64,000 bases of DNA from a virus. The stretch lies in the IMG/VR virus record IMGVR_UViG_3300045988_115788, one strand, 5' to 3'. Shown piece by piece: positions 16,525-26,841 of the stretch (position 1 is its first letter; each line of letters opens with the position of its first letter). The translations under genes and the position numbers were made by a program. The notes beneath the pieces were generated by a model. It was not told the DNA's origin. It made no database searches and saw nothing but the letters and a program-made list of their open reading frames with translations.

Positions 16525-17019
16525 ATGGGCAAGTCAACTTGCAAAGGTTGCGGCGAAAAGTTCCCAACAGAAACACGTTATATTGGAGAAAAATATAAGC
16601 AGTTAAAGTTCTGTTGCCAAGAATGTTATCAAAATTATGTTAATGAGCATAGTAATGAAATTGACAGGAACAGGGATGATTTAATTAAATACTTAGATAC
16701 AATTTATGAAAATCCAAATTATAGGATGCTTGGAGCGCAAATTAAATACTTTCGAGATGAATGTAATGTATCTAGCTTGGCTTTGAGACTCATTATAGAA
16801 TATGCTGTCAAGTATGAAAATTATGTTGTACGTCAGGAAGATGGGCTAGGTCAATTTTATCCTAGATACTATCAGCCAGCCTTAGAGTTTTACAAAAAGA
16901 TTGAAGAAAACAAAAAGTATGCAAGTGAACATCCTGAATTGTTTACTCCTGAAGTTATTCGAGTAAAGCCCAAAAATAGTATGCGAAAATTTTTTACAAA
17001 AGCAGAGTTAGAACTTTAA
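16525..17019 (+). CDS. Zn-finger protein, possible replication organiser (tentative)
   Basis: ATG at 16525 after AAAGGAGG. CKGCGEKF...CCQECY. Sits immediately upstream of the helicase. Confidence 0.5.
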   Translation: MGKSTCKGCGEKFPTETRYIGEKYKQLKFCCQECYQNYVNEHSNEIDRNRDDLIKYLDTIYENPNYRMLGAQIKYFRDECNVSSLALRLIIEYAVKYENYVVRQEDGLGQFYPRYYQPALEFYKKIEENKKYASEHPELFTPEVIRVKPKNSMRKFFTKAELEL

Positions 17020-17043
17020 GCAAGTAAGTAGGTGTATGCAATA

Positions 17044-18627
17044 ATGGAAAACACTTTATATGACAGAAATGCCGCGAGTGCATTGTTGGGCTGTTTGATG
17101 AAAGACCCTGCTCTGTTATTGAATCCTTCTTTTCCTTTGTGTAAAAAGGATTTTGAGTGCATCGCAATGCACGGGATTCTTTTTATTTGTATCGGAAAAC
17201 TTTTGAAAGCAGGAACTAGAGAAATCAGTGCTTTAGAAATTGATACTGTAGCAAAAACCAATTCTCAGTATTACGACATTCTTGTTCAAAATGATTATAT
17301 TGGATATATTGATGCCATCAAAGAATTAGCTAATCACAATAGCTTTGAATATTTTTATACAGTTGTTAGAAAGTATTCATTACTTAGAGAAATGAAAGAA
17401 AATGGTATTTCCATCACTGATTTCTTTGACCCCATTACTGGACAAGCAACAAATTTGGAAAAATTTGAATCTATTACTCTCGAAGAAATGGTTACAAGAG
17501 TAAACAATATAGCTTCAAATCTGAGAAATAAATACGATGTGCGGTTTGTCCGCAATCAAATTTCAGTGGGTGAAGATACAGAAGGACTACTAGAATTTTT
17601 TGAACAAGCTCCTGCTTTTGGCGCTTGCTTGCAGAGCGGAGTCTTGAGTACCATTGTTCAAGGTTGGAATAGAGGACACTTGCTGTGTCGTTCTGGCCCG
17701 TCAGGAGCGAGTAAAACAAAACAAGGTGTAGGTGATTTGTGCATGGTTTCTGTCCCTGCCTACTATTCAGAAGAGACAGGAGACTTTGTAGTAAATCCAA
17801 ATTATCAAGGCCCAGGATTCTATATTCACACAGAAATGGACAGTAGAACAGAAGTCGAGCCAGCATTTTTAAGTTTTGTTGCTTGTGTAGAATATAGAAA
17901 AATGAGAAATGGTTTGCTTACAAAAGAAGAAAGACTTCGTGTTCTTAAAGCAGGTGAAATTTTAAAAAAGTCAAATCTACAGGTCATTGATATGCCTGAA
18001 TACACTTCTGCTTCACTAGAGCAAAAGATTCGTGATATGGCTGAATTTGGTTGTCCTTTTGGCGTGTTTGACTATGTGGAGTTAAACAGCTCTCTTGGCG
18101 CGGAGTTTAAAAGTGTATCCAATATGCCGGTAAGAGAAGATTTGGTGTTAAAATCTTTAGTGACAGACCTTAAAGGTTACGCAGAAAAATATAATGTTGG
18201 TATACTTACTGGAACTCAGCTTAATGACACTTGGAAAGAAAAGGCTTTTCCTGATGAATCTTGTCTTTCTGGCGCGAAGTCTATTAAAAATAAGCTAGAT
18301 GCGGGAACTATTATTATTCCTTTTAATCAAAGAAGGAAAGAGATGGAATGTTTAAAAGCTTTCTTACCTAAACCTCGCTTTGGTGAACCTGCACCGATGA
18401 TGCCCAATATGATAGAATATGTGTATAAATCCCGTTTTGGCACATATGGCGATGAAAAAGTTAAAATTATATATTATTTTGACAAGGGTACTTCAAGAAG
18501 ATACGATTTCTTTTGTGCTGATGATAAGGACAAAATAGTAAATGTCCCTAAAACAGAATTAGAGCCTGGAGGTATTTATAATGCGAATGACGCAGAATGT
18601 GAAGCAAGTATTAAAGAAACTGTATGA
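17044..18627 (+). CDS. DnaB-like replicative DNA helicase
   Basis: DnaB-N-like NAASALLGCLMKDPALLL...DFECIAMHGILF and Walker A GPSGASKTK. Confidence 0.75.
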   Translation: MENTLYDRNAASALLGCLMKDPALLLNPSFPLCKKDFECIAMHGILFICIGKLLKAGTREISALEIDTVAKTNSQYYDILVQNDYIGYIDAIKELANHNSFEYFYTVVRKYSLLREMKENGISITDFFDPITGQATNLEKFESITLEEMVTRVNNIASNLRNKYDVRFVRNQISVGEDTEGLLEFFEQAPAFGACLQSGVLSTIVQGWNRGHLLCRSGPSGASKTKQGVGDLCMVSVPAYYSEETGDFVVNPNYQGPGFYIHTEMDSRTEVEPAFLSFVACVEYRKMRNGLLTKEERLRVLKAGEILKKSNLQVIDMPEYTSASLEQKIRDMAEFGCPFGVFDYVELNSSLGAEFKSVSNMPVREDLVLKSLVTDLKGYAEKYNVGILTGTQLNDTWKEKAFPDESCLSGAKSIKNKLDAGTIIIPFNQRRKEMECLKAFLPKPRFGEPAPMMPNMIEYVYKSRFGTYGDEKVKIIYYFDKGTSRRYDFFCADDKDKIVNVPKTELEPGGIYNANDAECEASIKETV

Positions 18628-18793
18628 ATCAGAAATTCCGATTCCAAAACTTGATGGTCTTGATGAGACGAGTTTTTTGGCAGGTGTTCAGTGGCTAGGT
18701 ATTTATATTAAGGCTGTAGCTGAGACAGGAAGGTTTGATTTTACAGTAGAACAATTAGCTGAAATTGGAGGTTTGAGTAATGAAGAAGTTTAA
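18581..18793 (+). CDS. hypothetical protein
   Basis: GGAGG RBS 8 nt upstream; overlaps the helicase 3' end. Confidence 0.5.
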   Translation: MRMTQNVKQVLKKLYESEIPIPKLDGLDETSFLAGVQWLGIYIKAVAETGRFDFTVEQLAEIGGLSNEEV

Positions 18794-18977
18794 GATAGCT
18801 AATACGATTGCGTGTATTTTAAACGGCATGTGTCTTTCTTATGCAGGAGGTCAAGCGGCATACTATGCCCAGCAAAATGAACTTCCTTGGTTTCTTGTGA
18901 GTATTGGTTTAGCTGGATTATTTACTTTTCTGCTTGTTGACCTTATTCACATGAGGATTAAAAACTGGGAGGACTAA
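18780..18977 (+). CDS. small membrane protein (2 predicted TM)
   Basis: Hydrophobic segments IACILNGMCLSYAGG and WFLVSIGLAGLFTFLLVDLI. Confidence 0.55.
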   Translation: MKKFKIANTIACILNGMCLSYAGGQAAYYAQQNELPWFLVSIGLAGLFTFLLVDLIHMRIKNWED

Positions 18978-18980
18978 TAG

Positions 18981-20027
18981 ATGGAAAGACGGATAGTCTA
19001 TTTGGACAGTGCAGCCACTATGCTTCCCACTTTTTGGTCAAAAGATTTTATGGGATACTCTGGAAATCCTAATGCAAAGCACAAAATGGGACAAATGGTG
19101 CGATATAAATACGAAGAGTGCAAACAGAGACTAAAAGATATTCTTGGAGTGTCCAGTGGAGAGATTTTCTTTGCTAGATGTGCCACAGAAATTGCTAATG
19201 AACTTTGGTTAGAATCTTTTTTTGGTAATAGAGGTCGTAATTTTGATATTTGGTGCAGCCCTTGGGAGCATGATTCATGTTATGTTAATTCTTGTGAATT
19301 TAACAAAGATAGAGATATATTTGCTACAGACTATTATCAAATTGTATTTTGGCAATATGTAAATCACATGACAGGAAACCAATTTTTTATGGAGTTGCCT
19401 AAGAAGCATGATAATACTCTACTGTTCAGTGATTTCACTGCGGCAATCGGTAAGGTCGAAATCCCAAAAATTGAAGGGAATTTTGATGCAATCTGGTGTT
19501 CTGGACATAAGTTTGGCGCAGAAGGTGGCGGTTGGCTTTGGGTATCTGATAAAGCTTTAGATTGGTTGCCTGGAATTAAATATTCTTTTGGCGGAACTCC
19601 TAATGTACCACAAGTTGTAGCCTTGACAACCGCAACAGAGTGTGCTATAATGGGGACAAAGGAAAACTTTAAGCATTATGTTTTTCTTTGGACTGCGGTT
19701 CAAAATCAACTATTTGACGAAGGCATTGAGCATGAGATTATTGGAGACAACAACCTGCCTATTACTTGTGCTGTAATGACTCTGCGTTTTCCTGGAATGA
19801 ATGCAGATGCTCTTGCTACATATCTCAGCGCTAGGAAAATTTATGTCTCTATGGGAAAATCTGCTTGTTCAGAAGATGATGATTTTAGAGCCTTAGAATC
19901 TTGGGGTCTGACCAAAGAACAAGCAGAAGAGTGCATCCGAATTTCTTTTGACCCTGGTAGCACAACGGCAGATACAGATGATTTTGTTAAAGCAGTGGCG
20001 GCATTTAAAGAAGAATATTTAAATTAA
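18981..20027 (+). CDS. NifS/IscS-like cysteine desulfurase (class V aminotransferase fold)
   Basis: YLDSAAT N-terminal motif, PLP-lysine motif SGHKFGAEGG, and active-site-like GKSACS near the C-terminus. Confidence 0.65.
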   Translation: MERRIVYLDSAATMLPTFWSKDFMGYSGNPNAKHKMGQMVRYKYEECKQRLKDILGVSSGEIFFARCATEIANELWLESFFGNRGRNFDIWCSPWEHDSCYVNSCEFNKDRDIFATDYYQIVFWQYVNHMTGNQFFMELPKKHDNTLLFSDFTAAIGKVEIPKIEGNFDAIWCSGHKFGAEGGGWLWVSDKALDWLPGIKYSFGGTPNVPQVVALTTATECAIMGTKENFKHYVFLWTAVQNQLFDEGIEHEIIGDNNLPITCAVMTLRFPGMNADALATYLSARKIYVSMGKSACSEDDDFRALESWGLTKEQAEECIRISFDPGSTTADTDDFVKAVAAFKEEYLN

Positions 20028-20039
20028 GGAGAGTTTATT

Positions 20040-21125
20040 ATGGGGCGGATTGATGTAAAAAAATTAAAAGCAAGTCTGTCCCTTTTAGATATTGAGCATG
20101 TAATGAATCGGCTTGGGATTCCTATGTATAGTAAGGGCAACAGAGAATGGATTTTCTATCCAGGAACTAAATACAAAGACCCTTATGCAGGGAAACCCAA
20201 GCTGTATTTTTATACTGATTCCAAAATATTCATAAGTTACACTGAGTCATGCTCTATGGATATTATAGGTGTAGTACAAAAAAGATTGGCGTTACTGAAT
20301 GAACCTTGTAGTTTCTTGGATGCGGTCAATTATATTCTTGAAACAACAGGAAAAGAAGTCACTAATCTGCATGAATTAACTAAATCTTCATCCTATGACT
20401 GGGAAAACGACTTAGGCAAATTTTCTAAGTTTGGCAGCAGAGGTAATGGTTTGAAGTGTTATGATGCTAGTGTATTGAATCATTTATCCCAGTTATACCC
20501 TTTAAGATGGATTGATGAGGGTATAAGTTGGGATTCTATGAAAAAGTATCGGATAGGTTTTTATGACCGAATGAATCAAACAACTATTCCGGTTTTTGGA
20601 AACGATGGTAGCTTGTTGGGGATTCGGTGTAGGAATTGGACAGAAGATATGCTTGCACAAGCTAAATACATTCCATTAACATTACTTGATGGAACAACTT
20701 ATAAATTCCCTACACACAGTGTTTTGTATGGATTAAATTATAATTGGCCCGCCATTGAAAGAAAGAAAGAGGTGTGGATTGCTGAAGGCGAAAAATCAGT
20801 ATTGAAATTAGATACTTGGTATGGTACAGAATCTTGCGCTGTAGCAATGTTTGGAAATAATCTGGGACTTCAAAGAAGACAACAGTTGTTGAGTCTTGGT
20901 GTGAACAAGGTTTTTTATATCCCTGACCATGATTTTGTGGGACTCGGAGACAAAGAATTCGATTTATGGACAACTAAACTAAATAAATTTTGCGAGTTGT
21001 GGCATGGATTTGCTACTGTCAACGTTTTGCTTGATACTAAAGGTTATCTTGGCGCAAAAGACAATGCAACTGATTATAATAAAGAAATTTTTACAGAGCT
21101 GTTGGAAAATTCAGTTCAAATGTGA
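20040..21125 (+). CDS. DnaG-like DNA primase (Toprim)
   Basis: IPVFGNDGSLLGIRCRNW...KYIPL, Toprim WIAEGEKSVLKLD and IPDHD. Confidence 0.75.
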   Translation: MGRIDVKKLKASLSLLDIEHVMNRLGIPMYSKGNREWIFYPGTKYKDPYAGKPKLYFYTDSKIFISYTESCSMDIIGVVQKRLALLNEPCSFLDAVNYILETTGKEVTNLHELTKSSSYDWENDLGKFSKFGSRGNGLKCYDASVLNHLSQLYPLRWIDEGISWDSMKKYRIGFYDRMNQTTIPVFGNDGSLLGIRCRNWTEDMLAQAKYIPLTLLDGTTYKFPTHSVLYGLNYNWPAIERKKEVWIAEGEKSVLKLDTWYGTESCAVAMFGNNLGLQRRQQLLSLGVNKVFYIPDHDFVGLGDKEFDLWTTKLNKFCELWHGFATVNVLLDTKGYLGAKDNATDYNKEIFTELLENSVQM

Positions 21126-21192
21126 GGAGAAAAAAGGTGAAGAGTTAAGTGAAAAAATGTTTGACTTTTATAAAAAAATAAATAAAAAGCGC

Positions 21193-21221
21193 TTGACAAT
21201 TCTGAAAAAATGTGGTATATT
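21193..21221 (+). promoter_or_regulatory. promoter TTGACA-17-TATATT
   Basis: Read directly. Confidence 0.7.
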
Positions 21222-21261
21222 ATAAATAGTCCAAAGGACAATATAATTTTTGGAGGTATTT

Positions 21262-22089
21262 ATGACGTTTGTAACTTTTACCAGCGAAGAGCTGGCGACC
21301 GGCCCCCTAGCTGACATCTACCCTCGGCTAGGCAGTGTAGGAATTATTATTGGTCAAATGGATGATGAATATAATGTTCAGTTCTCTCCTGACTGTTTTG
21401 ATGATGGCCTTCATAAAAGCACAGAAGAGTGTGCGCTAATTCTTAGTAGAGACGAATTTGAGAGCGCAGATATTTTTGCGGCACAGGTGCTAAATAACTA
21501 CAATGTAGTTAATTCTGTTCCCACAGGCTCACTTGGAGAAGAATCTTGTGATTGCAAATCTGATTATAAATCTGATTGTTGCAATTACGATGAAAGAGAA
21601 GAAGGTGAACTTACAGAAGAAGATGCCGAAAACCTAGAGATTTATAAGATGCTTCTTCCCAAGTTCAAGAAGAATGGTTTTATTACGGAAGATAATAAGA
21701 TTGAAGAAGGTCTTGACGTTATTAGAATGGTTTCTTTGGCCTATAAGAGTGCTTACAAGCGTGGAAAAGCAGGAAGACCTTTCTTTTTTAAGAAGGACAA
21801 TCAAGATAGATGGAGAGAGATGAAGCCAAACGATGTTTACAACACTAGCCTTAGAGTTATGTATGTAAATAAGCCTAGTGAGGCTCAGTACCCAGAAGGG
21901 CCTTGGGATGATGGAAAGGGTTATTTCCCGCCTGAAGGCACTGTTGGAAAAATGTCTCGTCCTGCTTGGGATGATGCTGAAAGTGATGAAGATATTTGGG
22001 TTCAATTTGAGGGAACCGAATACGAACACACTTGCTACGGACAGATGTTTGATTGTTTTCTTGTAAGAGAGGTAGATGAAGATGATTAA
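21262..22089 (+). CDS. acidic hypothetical protein
   Basis: ATG at 21262 after TGGAGG; rich in D and E. Confidence 0.6.
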   Translation: MTFVTFTSEELATGPLADIYPRLGSVGIIIGQMDDEYNVQFSPDCFDDGLHKSTEECALILSRDEFESADIFAAQVLNNYNVVNSVPTGSLGEESCDCKSDYKSDCCNYDEREEGELTEEDAENLEIYKMLLPKFKKNGFITEDNKIEEGLDVIRMVSLAYKSAYKRGKAGRPFFFKKDNQDRWREMKPNDVYNTSLRVMYVNKPSEAQYPEGPWDDGKGYFPPEGTVGKMSRPAWDDAESDEDIWVQFEGTEYEHTCYGQMFDCFLVREVDEDD

Positions 22090-22513
22090 AATCATCAAAA
22101 AGCCTGAAGAAGTAAAAGAAGTTAAGTGTCAATTTTGCGGCTGTGTGTTAGAATACAGTAATGCAGATATTACTCAAACTACAAACGCATTATCTAGTAT
22201 TATTTGTCCGAACTGTGAAAACATCATCACACTGTCCAAAGAAGAGCATTTCAAACCTGACGTTTGGCCCGATTTTTACAGTTATGATGGGCCTAACGTG
22301 AAGCATTTGTCAAATGAAACGATTAGTCAGTATATTGACAAATGTGTTGAATACACAATGCAAAACAAAGATATAGCGTATATGGCAAGTGGTGATACTT
22401 TTGTTCTAAGTCTTCCTGACTGCGATAGTTCTGGAGAAATTGAATCTATTTCTGTTATTGTTGCACAAGGGTACAAAGAAGGCTTGGTCTATGAAAGAGA
22501 GGGACTTTGTTGA
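22076..22513 (+). CDS. Zn-ribbon hypothetical protein
   Basis: CQFCGC...CPNCEN. Confidence 0.6.
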   Translation: MKMIKIIKKPEEVKEVKCQFCGCVLEYSNADITQTTNALSSIICPNCENIITLSKEEHFKPDVWPDFYSYDGPNVKHLSNETISQYIDKCVEYTMQNKDIAYMASGDTFVLSLPDCDSSGEIESISVIVAQGYKEGLVYEREGLC

Positions 22514-24162
22514 GATACAATTCCATATTAAAGGAATTTAATCCCAACACTTTTTTGACCGATTATCTGCAAGCAAAGGGTATCCAGGGTGGAGAGATTG
22601 AAGAATTTCTCCACCCTGACGAAAAAGTGTTGGATAATCCTTTTGATTACAAGAACATGGATAAAGCTGTTGAAGAGTTATCTGTCTTAAAGCAAAAAAA
22701 TGATATGTGGGGAACAAAGAAGATTGGTGTTTTAATTGATTGCGATGTTGACGGCATTATGTCGGCCTCAATCATTTCTGATTTTGTTCTAAAGTTAGGA
22801 ATTAAACCAGAAAATCTCTATCTTTATGCTCACAATGAAAAGGCGCATGGTCTTGGCGCAGAGGGAGATAGCCTTTGTGAAAAAATGATTCAAGATGAAC
22901 TTGACCTTGTATTCACTCCTGACAGTAGTAGTAATGACATTGGTGAACTTAAATTTTTAACAGAGCAGTCTATTTCTGTTATTGTACTTGACCACCATGA
23001 AGTTGAAACAGAGAGTAGCTGGGGAATTATAGTTAATCATCATCTGTCGGAAGGATTGAATAAATCTCTTTCTGGCGCAGGCGTGACAGATAAATTTGTT
23101 CGAGCTTTTTGCGAAAAAGAACAGCTTGAATATCCTGGTTATGAAGATTTTGTAGCAATTAGTCTAGTAAGTGATGTTTGTAACCTTCGGGTATTAGAAA
23201 ATAGATGGTATATTGAAAAGGGATTAAAAAATATCAAACACCCTGCACTTAAAATGATAGTAGATAAATTCTGTCGCTATGGTGTCAGCCCAAAAGGACT
23301 GAGCTTTGGCTGTATTCCCCCTATGAACGCTCTTACACGGCTTTCAGGCACCCTAGAAACGATTGAACTTGTTAAAGCTATCATCGGTATCGGGGATATG
23401 GAACAAGCCCTTAAAATGCTTTCTAGGGCGCACAGAACACAAAAGAAGACAGTTAAAGATATGACTGATGAATTGCAACCTAATATGGATAATACACACA
23501 AGGTTGCTGTGGGTTTTGCAGATGATGAAAACAGGAATTATATTGGGCTTGTTGCTAATAAAATTCGTTATCATTTGAACAAACCTACGTTTGTTTTAAG
23601 AGACACAGGAGCGTCTTATACGGGGTCTTTGAGAAGCCCGATAGATTTGTTGGATATACTCAATGAAAGTGGTCTAGCGATTTGTCAAGGGCATCAGAGG
23701 GCGTGTGGAATTACTTTTAAGAAGGAAAACTATGACCAAGTTATTGACTTGATGGATAGTATGGATTTAGATGTAGACCCCCCTGTTGATGTTGCCGCAA
23801 AAGTAAAATTGAGCGACCTAGATATTGATGTAGCACAGTTAATTGAAGATAATGATTTGCTTTGGGGTGAAGGTGTAGAGTTGCCTACATTTTACACTGA
23901 AGTAAAACTAAATAAAGATGATGTTCATGTCTATAAGAAAAGAGCAACATTTATTAGAATAACCGGCGGAGATGTCGTAATGACGCTACCTTTTGCTTCT
24001 ACTTTAGATAAAATGAAATTAACCGAATATAGTGAATTTACTTTACAAGCTGTTGTAGAACTTGAAGTAAATGAATATAATGGTTATGTAAATCCTCAAT
24101 GTAAGATTATTCAATATGAAGTTGTCCCTGTAGAAACAAAAGAATTCGAAAATTTATGGTAA
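22507..24162 (+). CDS. RecJ-like DHH-family ssDNA exonuclease
   Basis: DCDVDGIMSA (motif I), VLDHHEV (DHH), and a DHHA1-like C-terminal half. Confidence 0.7.
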   Translation: MLRYNSILKEFNPNTFLTDYLQAKGIQGGEIEEFLHPDEKVLDNPFDYKNMDKAVEELSVLKQKNDMWGTKKIGVLIDCDVDGIMSASIISDFVLKLGIKPENLYLYAHNEKAHGLGAEGDSLCEKMIQDELDLVFTPDSSSNDIGELKFLTEQSISVIVLDHHEVETESSWGIIVNHHLSEGLNKSLSGAGVTDKFVRAFCEKEQLEYPGYEDFVAISLVSDVCNLRVLENRWYIEKGLKNIKHPALKMIVDKFCRYGVSPKGLSFGCIPPMNALTRLSGTLETIELVKAIIGIGDMEQALKMLSRAHRTQKKTVKDMTDELQPNMDNTHKVAVGFADDENRNYIGLVANKIRYHLNKPTFVLRDTGASYTGSLRSPIDLLDILNESGLAICQGHQRACGITFKKENYDQVIDLMDSMDLDVDPPVDVAAKVKLSDLDIDVAQLIEDNDLLWGEGVELPTFYTEVKLNKDDVHVYKKRATFIRITGGDVVMTLPFASTLDKMKLTEYSEFTLQAVVELEVNEYNGYVNPQCKIIQYEVVPVETKEFENLW

Positions 24163-24177
24163 AAAAGGAGAGTAAAA

Positions 24178-24351
24178 ATGCGTATTAGAATGATGATTGA
24201 CCTTGAAACGCCTCAGACGGAAGAAGAAATTAAGCAGGTTTACGCTAAGATGGAAGACTACGAAGCAAAGCTTGAACAGGCTTTCATTGAAGGTTGGAAG
24301 GATGAAGGCGCAAAGATTACAAACATTAAAGCAAAGGCTGTAACAAAGTAA
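24178..24351 (+). CDS. small hypothetical protein (57 aa)
   Basis: AAAAGGAG RBS and a TAATG junction to the next gene. Below the track cutoff. Confidence 0.45.
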   Translation: MRIRMMIDLETPQTEEEIKQVYAKMEDYEAKLEQAFIEGWKDEGAKITNIKAKAVTK

Positions 24352-24791
24352 TGGGCAACAATCAAAAAAATATTGATTTTGCATATCTTAACGCTGGAAA
24401 CGCTTGTTATACATTAAATAAGTATCTTAACAAATGGCTTAATCAAACAGATTTAATTTCTGATAGTGATGAACATTTTCTAAAGAAGATTGTAAAAATT
24501 TGTTCTGATGTATCGCAAGCAGGATGCAACACTTTTGGCCGACCTTTTTGCACAGACCCTATTTACTATATGACTGACGGAGAGGCAATAAGAACTAGGT
24601 TTGAAGACATCATATCAAAGCTAGTTGATGTTGGCATCATTGGTGAACAGTATGAATATAATGAATTAAAAGTAGTTAACGATGTATTAGTAAATATTTG
24701 GCTAGCTAATGCTATTACAACTTTTAATCCCGTACCTTCAGATAAAGAATGGTTTTGGCGTTTTAAATGTGAGTCAAAAGAGGTACATTGA
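24351..24791 (+). CDS. hypothetical protein
   Basis: 146-aa ORF. Confidence 0.6.
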   Translation: MGNNQKNIDFAYLNAGNACYTLNKYLNKWLNQTDLISDSDEHFLKKIVKICSDVSQAGCNTFGRPFCTDPIYYMTDGEAIRTRFEDIISKLVDVGIIGEQYEYNELKVVNDVLVNIWLANAITTFNPVPSDKEWFWRFKCESKEVH

Positions 24792-24835
24792 TAGGAAGTG
24801 TTGTTAATAGATTATTGAGGCAAAGGCGGAAGTAA

Positions 24836-25264
24836 ATGAGACTCAAAGAGTTATTTCTTTTTTGGTTTGGCGGCAGTTTTTATGTAACTTTAGAAGTTTT
24901 TTATCGAGGCTATAGTCATATTTCAATGTTTATTCTTGCTGGCGTTGTTTTTAGTCTTGTCGGCCTTTTGAACGAAGTTTTTCCCTGGGAGTTTGATTTA
25001 GTTTGGCAGGATATAATCGGTACTGGCGTTGCTTTGATTGGCGAATACTTTACTGGCATGTTAGTTAATGTCAAATTAGGACTAAATGTTTGGGACTATT
25101 CCAATGAATTTCTAAATTTAAATGGACAAATATGTTTGAAATTTGGTTTAATTTGGATTCCTTTGATTCTGTTAGCTATTGTAATAGATGATATTATTCG
25201 ATGGCGTTTTTATGGAGAAGAGCGGCCCAGATATTATTTATTTGGTAAAATGATAAAAATCTAA
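24836..25264 (+). CDS. integral membrane protein (about 4 TM)
   Basis: Several hydrophobic helices, e.g. ISMFILAGVVFSLVGLL and LIWIPLILLAIVIDDII. Confidence 0.6.
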   Translation: MRLKELFLFWFGGSFYVTLEVFYRGYSHISMFILAGVVFSLVGLLNEVFPWEFDLVWQDIIGTGVALIGEYFTGMLVNVKLGLNVWDYSNEFLNLNGQICLKFGLIWIPLILLAIVIDDIIRWRFYGEERPRYYLFGKMIKI

Positions 25265-25271
25265 ATAAAAC

Positions 25272-25300
25272 TTGACAAACCTCCTGTCTTGTGGTACAAT
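25272..25300 (+). promoter_or_regulatory. promoter TTGACA-17-TACAAT
   Basis: Read directly. Confidence 0.7.
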
Positions 25301-25328
25301 AAATGTATCGAAGATAGGAGGTTTTGTT

Positions 25329-25571
25329 ATGCTGTGTTATGTTAGAAACAATATTTTTAAAAGATTATTACAAAAGTGTGATAGATGTAGAATGAGTTCT
25401 GCTAAATATGGATTTGATTACAGAAGCGATTACGAATCAGGTTATATTTGGACAAATCTTTGTGCTGATTGTATAAGAGAATTAAAGAAACGCGACCCTA
25501 TTACTCCTGAAGCAAAAAGTCTTTCCGCAATAGCTAAACGACTTGAACCAAAAACAATTACGATTTTTTAA
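25329..25571 (+). CDS. hypothetical protein
   Basis: ATG at 25329 after TAGGAGG; the track start at 25272 overlaps the promoter. Confidence 0.55.
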   Translation: MLCYVRNNIFKRLLQKCDRCRMSSAKYGFDYRSDYESGYIWTNLCADCIRELKKRDPITPEAKSLSAIAKRLEPKTITIF

Positions 25572-25580
25572 GGTGATATA

Positions 25581-26051
25581 ATGAGTGAATTTATTGAATT
25601 TAACACTTATCAAGAAGAATTAAAGCAATGTGTCAAATGCAATAGACGGCTTGCTAGATTCAAGGATGTGAATGGTAAATACTATTGTTCGCAATGCGTA
25701 GGTAAAGACCCTACATTATTTGGAAAATGTTATTATAGTAACAATAGAGAAGATTTATATACTATTGCGCGACATGAGTGTAGAGACAATACGATAGAAG
25801 ATGGAGAATTATTAGATTATGAGCAACAAATAAGGTTCTGCGACCCTAAGAAATTCTATTATCGACATGAATCACCAAAGAGAAAGTGGTGGATAGTGAC
25901 CCATGAATTTGATTGGGATTGGGACTCTGAGTGGGACGAAGGTAAAATGATTGTGGAATATTGTCCTTTCTGTGGCAAGAAATTGGAGGCTCCTGATGGA
26001 AACGAAGATGGCAAAAGAGATGCTGAGAATAGTTCAAACAAGATTGGATAA
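25581..26051 (+). CDS. Zn-ribbon hypothetical protein
   Basis: CVKCNRR...CSQC and CPFCGKK. Confidence 0.6.
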   Translation: MSEFIEFNTYQEELKQCVKCNRRLARFKDVNGKYYCSQCVGKDPTLFGKCYYSNNREDLYTIARHECRDNTIEDGELLDYEQQIRFCDPKKFYYRHESPKRKWWIVTHEFDWDWDSEWDEGKMIVEYCPFCGKKLEAPDGNEDGKRDAENSSNKIG

Positions 26052-26196
26052 TCGCGGAGTATTAAAACCTATTGAATACAAGACGCTAGAAATTTGTTGT
26101 GGAGTTTTGAACGGTTATGCTATTATGGAAGAGTGTGATGGGTTAGTTAGACAAGGAGAAAATGATGATTGGTGGGACAAGGAGGATGTGTGTTAG
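26008..26196 (+). CDS. hypothetical protein (start uncertain)
   Basis: Protein-like frame MAKEMLRIVQTRL... overlapping the upstream gene end. Confidence 0.35.
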   Translation: MAKEMLRIVQTRLDNRGVLKPIEYKTLEICCGVLNGYAIMEECDGLVRQGENDDWWDKEDVC

Positions 26197-26223
26197 TTAA
26201 AAATAAGTTATAAAAAGTTGTAA

Positions 26224-26841
26224 ATAATTAATGAAGGTATCGGAATTGATTTAGGTATTAAAGATTTAGCAATATGCTCTGATAAGAATAAGTATCAGAA
26301 CATAAACAAAACACAAAAAGTAAAGAAAATAGAAAAAAGAAAACGTAGGTTGCAACGTTCCGTATCAAGAAGATATGAGAAAAATAAGAAAGGAGCAAGT
26401 TACTGTAAAACAAGTAACATTATAAAAAGAGAAAAAGAACTTTTAAAATTGAATCACAGACTAACAAATATTCGTCAAAATTATTTACATCAAACAACAT
26501 CTGAGATAGTGAAACGAGAACCAAGTTTCATTTGTATTGAAGATTTGAATGTAAGTGGAATGATGAAAAATAAACATTTATCCAAAGTAGTGCAACAGCA
26601 AGGGTTTTATGAATTTAAACGACAGATTGAATACAAGTCAACATGGAACAATATACCAGTTGTTATAGCAGATAGATTTTTTCCAAGTTCTAAATTATGT
26701 AGTTGTTGCGGTAATGTTAAAAAAGATTTAAAGCTATCAGACCGTGTTTACAAATGTAAATGTGGAAATGTAATTGATAGAGATTTTCAGGCAAGTTTAA
26801 ATCTAAAACAGTATGGAGAAAATGTTTTAAATAATCTGTAG
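26224..26841 (+). pseudogene. tnpB: 5'-truncated TnpB (RuvC and Zn-finger half only, no canonical start)
   Basis: The frame opens after TAA at 26221 with GIGIDLGIKDLA (RuvC-I), then ICIEDLN, CSCCG...CKCG, IDRDFQASLNL. The N-terminal region is missing. Confidence 0.7.
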
